64,000 nt of DNA, taken from the NCBI GenBank assembly GCA_964016885.1, contig OZ024747.1:85932001-85996000 (forward strand). Reading direction: 5' to 3'. Positions 58,465 to 64,000 of this stretch are shown here, one piece after another. Below the pieces are notes generated by a model. The model saw nothing but the letters and a program-made list of their open reading frames with translations, was not told where the DNA came from and did not search any database. The position numbers and the translations under genes are program-made. The stretch comes from Eledone cirrhosa (taxonomy: Eukaryota). Each line of letters opens with the position of its first letter. The stretch's first letter is position 1.

Positions 58465-59548
58465 TTGGCAGTATCGGTAGAGTGTAGGACAACATGCTTT
58501 GCAGCATAAGAGTTGCGGCACTTTATGGTCTGAGTTTAAATCCCGCCGAGTTAACTCTGCTTTTCATCCTTACTGGGTCGATAAAATAAAGTACCAGTAA
58601 TACACTGGAATAATTGCTGGCCTTGTGACAAAAGTAGAAACAATTATTACACGGCACGAAAGGCAGTAAGTAGATTGGCAGAGTTTGTAGAGCGTCGGAC
58701 AATATGCTTTGCAGCATAGTTGCGGCGCTTTATGTTCTGAGTTCAAATCCCGCCGAGGTTAGCTTTGCCTTACATCCTTACGGGGTCGATAAAATAAAGT
58801 ACCTGACACGCACTGGGGTCGATTTAATCGACTTTCTCCTCTCCCCAAAATTGCTGGCCTTGTGCCTATATAAGAAATCATTATTACACGGCACTAAAGG
58901 CAGTAGATTGGCAGAGTCAGTAGAGCGTCAGACAATATGCTTTGCAGCATAGAGTTGCGGTGCTTTACGCTCTGAGTTCAAATTAGCTTTGCCTTTCATC
59001 CTTACGAGCGAGGGCGATAAAATAAAACCCCAGTAATGCACTGGGGTCGATTTAATCGACTTCCCCTACCTAAGAATTGCTGACCTTGTAACTAAAGTAG
59101 AAATCATTAATACACGGTCCTAAAGGCAGTGGTTTGGCAGAATAGGTAGAAAATTGGACAAATGCTTTACAGCATTTGTTCCGGGACTTTAGGTTCTAGT
59201 TCAGATGGCGCCGAGGTCATCTTTGACTTTCATTCTTCCGGGGTTGATAAAATAAGTTCTAGTCAAAAACTGGAATCGATTTAACTGCTGGTCTTATGCT
59301 TACATTAGAGGCTATTATTACACGGCCGCCAGGGCGGTGAATTGGCAGAATCGGACATTATGCTTTGCAGTTTATAGTTACTGCCCTTTGCGTTCTGAGT
59401 TCAAATCCTACCGAGGTTAGCTTTGCCTTTCATCCTAACGGGGTCGATAAAATAAAGTACCAGCAATGCACTGGTGTCAATTTAATTGACTTTCCCCTCC
59501 CCACAAAATGTTTGGTCTTGTGCCTAAAGTAGAAACCATTTTTACACG
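58465..59548 (+). mobile_element. Array of five head-to-tail tRNA-type SINEs with a shared linker
   Basis: Each unit ends ...TTACACGG(CACTAAAGGCAGT) before the next TTGGCAG head. Confidence 0.85.
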
Positions 59549-60096
59549 GCTGCGCGATGGAAGTGGAGATACCCTGGTGTCTTGGTTCCCCTTACAAACT
59601 GGGCCCTGCTGTTATGAAATGGGGTGGCTTTTTTTTTTAGGTACCCACCATGATAGAGCGAAAACAGGAAGATACCCCCATCCCCCTTTGGCAAGGGGGA
59701 TGGGGGTATCTTCCTGCCAAAAATAAGCTTAATCTCCTTCAGGGCCCAAGTAAGAGGCCTCATAACTTAACTAGCACAGGGCCTCATTTGTCCTAAATCC
59801 AGCACTGCTTCTAACCATCTTAGAGCTGTAACATCAGTAACAGCCAAGGTGTTCACCTTTACCACTTGTACCTCGTGAGTCTGATACTATCTGCTTCTAA
59901 CCTCTAGTCTGCTTCTGTCCGACGCTAAACCCATAGGAGGGGATCCCTGCTGTGGTTGCAGTCTGTCTAACACTGACTCCTTTTTTCGATTATTCAGAGA
60001 TGAACACCTACAGAATTACTTCCCTGTCTGAGGAGACATCGGCTCCTGCATTTGGAGAGTGTAGCAGCACCCGCAACACAAATCTGTATTTACCAA

Positions 60097-60140
<44 letters not shown>

Positions 60141-60157
60141 ATGTGTGTGTGTGTGCG

Positions 60158-60300
<143 letters not shown>

Positions 60301-60326
60301 GGTAAACAGAAATAACAACACAATCA

Positions 60327-60857
60327 GTACAGTATATGGAAGGAATATATCAGTTTAACGTTTGAAATAGCAGGAAGAGGGTTTTAACGTTTCGGACGAT
60401 AGTCCTTCATCAGGAGAAAAAATGAGAAATAAAATAAATTTAAGGGACGGGCGAGGTGGAAATCGGTTTTTAGATAAAATAACAGGTCCATTCATGTTGA
60501 CTGCCTTCGGTTGTTTTCCTTGGTGTTACACATTTTTAACTTTTGTGTTTACTCTGGCCATAATGTATTAACTTCTCGCTCCAGTGACTGCTTTGTGATT
60601 GCCTCAAACAGTTTGATTAGTACCTGCTATATTACGGCTACAAATTCGATTTATACCCAATATTATATGAGATGTCAACATGAATGGACTTGTTATTTTT
60701 ATCTAAAGACATTTTTTTCCAATTCCATCCCGCCCGTCCCTTCAATCTATCTTATTTCTCATTCTTTCTTCTGATGAAGGACTATCGTCCGAAACTTTAA
60801 AATCCTCTTCCTGGTATTTCAAACGTTAACCTAATACATTCCTTCCATATACTGTAC
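60327..60857. mobile_element. Inverted pair of Penelope-like pLTR remnants, each with a minimal hammerhead motif (60385-60413 minus; 60771-60799 plus)
   Basis: Arms 60327-60501 and 60674-60857. Motif CTGATGA-A-GGAC-TATC-GTCC-GAAAC-GTTA (CTTTA on the plus copy). Confidence 0.75.
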
Positions 60858-60884
60858 CTTTTACATACATGCATAGATACATAC

Positions 60885-61917
60885 ATGGTGGCTGCCAACT
60901 CGTTTTCGAGTATAGCCACTACTTTATATCCATGTAGGAGAACCCCTACCGATGCGCTGAACGAGTGTGACTTTTTAGTCCAGCCAGCGACTTGAAAACT
61001 CTGGTACAAACACTACACTTGTGACAATTATTGACACATAGTGCTGGGCTCTTGGTACCATGTGACGACAAGTGCAGAGAGATCCCCAGGTATAAAGCAA
61101 TGCCTGTGCCGTGAAACTTTTATAGTGAGCAAAGGCACTGCACAAAGCCAGTCCCACTCTCTTAACCAAGATGATATTTACCAAAAAGAAGAACAAGTCA
61201 ACATCATTGGATACCATCAGAGTTGCAGCTGTTATATCAGAGTTTTCCTTCTCCTAGAATTCTGCCTTGACAAAGGCTAAGGGGTCATCTCTCCCGGTGA
61301 TTTTGGATGGCCATTGACTCTTAAGAGCTCCTTTGCCCTTTGACAGGTTTTGTTTTTAGTCCTGCAGGATGTCCAAAGTCACCTTGGTGGGGTTGCCAGT
61401 TTAGTCGCCAACGACCCGACCATGAGACAGGTTGTACTGGGATACATGTTACCAGTAGCACCAACTGGTGACCTGACATTCATATATAGCCACCATATAT
61501 ATATATATGGTGGCTGCCAACTCGTTTTCGAGTACGGCCACTACTTTATATCCATGTAGGAGAACCCCTACCGATGCGCTGAACGAGTGTGACTTTTTAG
61601 TCCAGCCAGCGACTTGAAAACTCTGGTACAAACACTACACTTGTGACAATTATTGACACTTAGTGCTGGGCCCATGGTATCATGTGACGACAAGTGCAGG
61701 GAGATCTCCAGATATAAAGCAATGCCTGTGCCGTGAAGCTTTTATAGTGAGCAAAGGCACTGCACAAAGCCAGTCCCACTCTCTTAACCAAGATGATATT
61801 TACTAAAAAGAAGAACAAGTCAACATCATTGGATACCATCAGGGTTGCAGGTGTTATATCAGAGTTTTCCTTCTCCTAGAATTCTGCCTTGACAAAGGCT
61901 AAGGGGTCATCTCTCCC
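60885..61917 (-). mobile_element. Two tandem bipartite RTE derivatives (60885-61479 full length; 61507-61917 truncated)
   Basis: Near-identical to 27903-28477 and 14221-14629. Confidence 0.85.
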
Positions 61918-62116
61918 ATATACATACATATATACATACATACATACATATATGCATACATATATACATACATACATATATGCATACATATATACATACA
62001 TACATACATATATACATATATACATCTACATATATACATACATATATATATATACATGGTGGCTACCAACTCGTATATATATACATGTATGTATAATATA
62101 TATATGTATATGTATG

Positions 62117-62147
<31 letters not shown>

Positions 62148-62332
62148 GTATATATATGTATGTGTGTGTGTGTATTCATGTATTATACGTAGTGTATGTG
62201 ATATATTTACATTAAACAGAATAAAAGAATCAGAACATAATGTGACGAGGCACCCTTAAAATGTCGGCTGACCTATGAAAATAACAGAATCATATTTTAC
62301 CCTTGCCTTGTATCTTGCTATATGTCTGGGCA

Positions 62333-63146
62333 CATTTGTGTGTGTGTGTTTGTGTATGCGTAGCTGTTTATCGGTGTATGTATGTAGATATGTGTGTAGC
62401 CTAGTATATGTGTGTTTGCGTGCTCGTGTATATACGAGTGTGTTCATGTTCCTGTATATATGTGTGTGTGCATAGTTTTCTGTGGGTATATGTATGCGTA
62501 TGTGTATGATTGGATATATATATGTGTGTGTGTGTACATGTGTATGTGTATATATGTGTTTGTGTATGTGTGTGTTTGTATATATATGTGTGTGTGTGTG
62601 TGTGTGCACAAGTGTATGTGTATATATGTGTTAGTGTATGTGTGTGTTTGTATGTATATGTGTGTCTGTGTACGTGTACATGTGTATGTGTATATAAGTG
62701 TTTGTGTATGTGTGTGTTTGTGTATGTATGTGTTGTGTATGTGTGTGTATGTGTCTGTACAAACACACATACACAAACACATATATACACATACACATGT
62801 ACACGTACACAGACACACATATACATACAAACACACACATACACTAACACATATATACACATACACTTGTGCACACACACACACATATATATATATACAA
62901 ACACACACATACACAAACACAAATACACATACACATGTACACACACACACACATATATATATCCAATCACACACATACGCATACATATACCCACAGAAAA
63001 CTATGCACACACACATATATACAGGAACACGAACACACTCGTATATACACGAGCACGCACACACACATATACTAGGCTACACACATATCTACACATACAT
63101 ACACCGATAAACAGCTACGCATACACAAACACACACACACAAATGT
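62333..63146. repeat. Large inverted duplication (about 390-bp arms) of degenerate (TG/TA) sequence
   Basis: Unique anchors GCGTAGCTGTTTATCGGTG, AGCCTAGTA and CATAGTTTTCTGTGGG recur as reverse complements at about 62990-63120. Confidence 0.9.
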
Positions 63147-63404
63147 GTGTATGTGTATATATGTGTTTGTGTATGTGCGTGTTTGTATATATATATGTGT
63201 GTGTGTGTGCACAAGTGTATGTATATATATGTGTTAGTGTATGTGTGTAAATGTGTATGTGTGTACATGTGTATGTGTATATATGTGTTTGTGTATGATT
63301 TTGTTTGTATTTAAGTGTAAGTTTGTTCTGTTCTGCCCTTCCACCTCCAATTACCTCTGGCCTCTTATGAGAAAGAAAACATGAAAATCAACAATATTAA
63401 CAAT

Positions 63405-63945
63405 AATTGTTTCTACTTTTGGCACAAAGCCAGCAATTATCCCAGTGCATTACTGGTACTTTATTTTATTGACTCCGTAAGGATGAAAGGCAAAGTTAAC
63501 CTCGGCGGGATTTGAACTCAGATCATAAAGGGAGGTAATTATGCTGGAAAGCATGTCCGATACTGTTCATCGCCCTTGTTAACAATAGTAACAATGATGA
63601 CAATGACAACAACACCCACAAGAACAATAACAGTCATAACAAAAGTTACAATAACACCAAGAAACCAACAGCAACAATAACAACAATTAAAAACACTAAT
63701 AACAATAACAGCAATAACAATAACAACAGCTGTTTCTACTTTAGGCACAAGGCCAGTAATTTGAAGGGGAGTGGAAAGTCGATTAAATCGACCCCAGTGC
63801 ATTACTGGTGCTTTATTTTATTGACCCCCGTAAGGATGAAAGTCAAAGATAACCTCGGCGGGATTTGAACTCAGAATGTAAAGGGCCGTAAAATCTATGC
63901 TGCAAAGCATGGCGTCCGATGCTCTACCGACACTGGCAACCCCCG
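63405..63945 (-). mobile_element. Two minus-strand tRNA-type SINEs (63405-63570 and 63732-63945)
   Basis: Reverse complement of the family consensus. Confidence 0.85.
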
Positions 63946-64000
63946 CCCTAACAACAGCCACAATAACAAAACAAAAACACCAACACCACCACCTCCACCA

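Overview
AT-rich, microsatellite-saturated eukaryotic DNA. The SINE families and repeat density resemble an octopus/cephalopod intron or intergenic region (inference). No intact host gene can be supported, only a weak minus-strand exon pair at 35350-35388 and 23811-24009. Nearly all ORF-track entries are translated microsatellites. Non-LTR retrotransposons include a frameshifted L1-Tx1 element, a nearly intact 5'-truncated R4/Dong-like RLE element sitting in (CATA)n, RTE and CRE fragments, a bipartite non-autonomous RTE derivative in 6-7 copies, and about 30 tRNA-type SINEs. DNA elements include Helitrons and hAT, piggyBac and Ginger-like MITEs. The most notable signal is a set of about 10 type-I hammerhead ribozyme motifs from at least six unrelated sequence families. 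Most have palindromic stem III, and several lie inside fold-back inverted duplications next to (TA)n, consistent with Penelope-like pLTR remnants.
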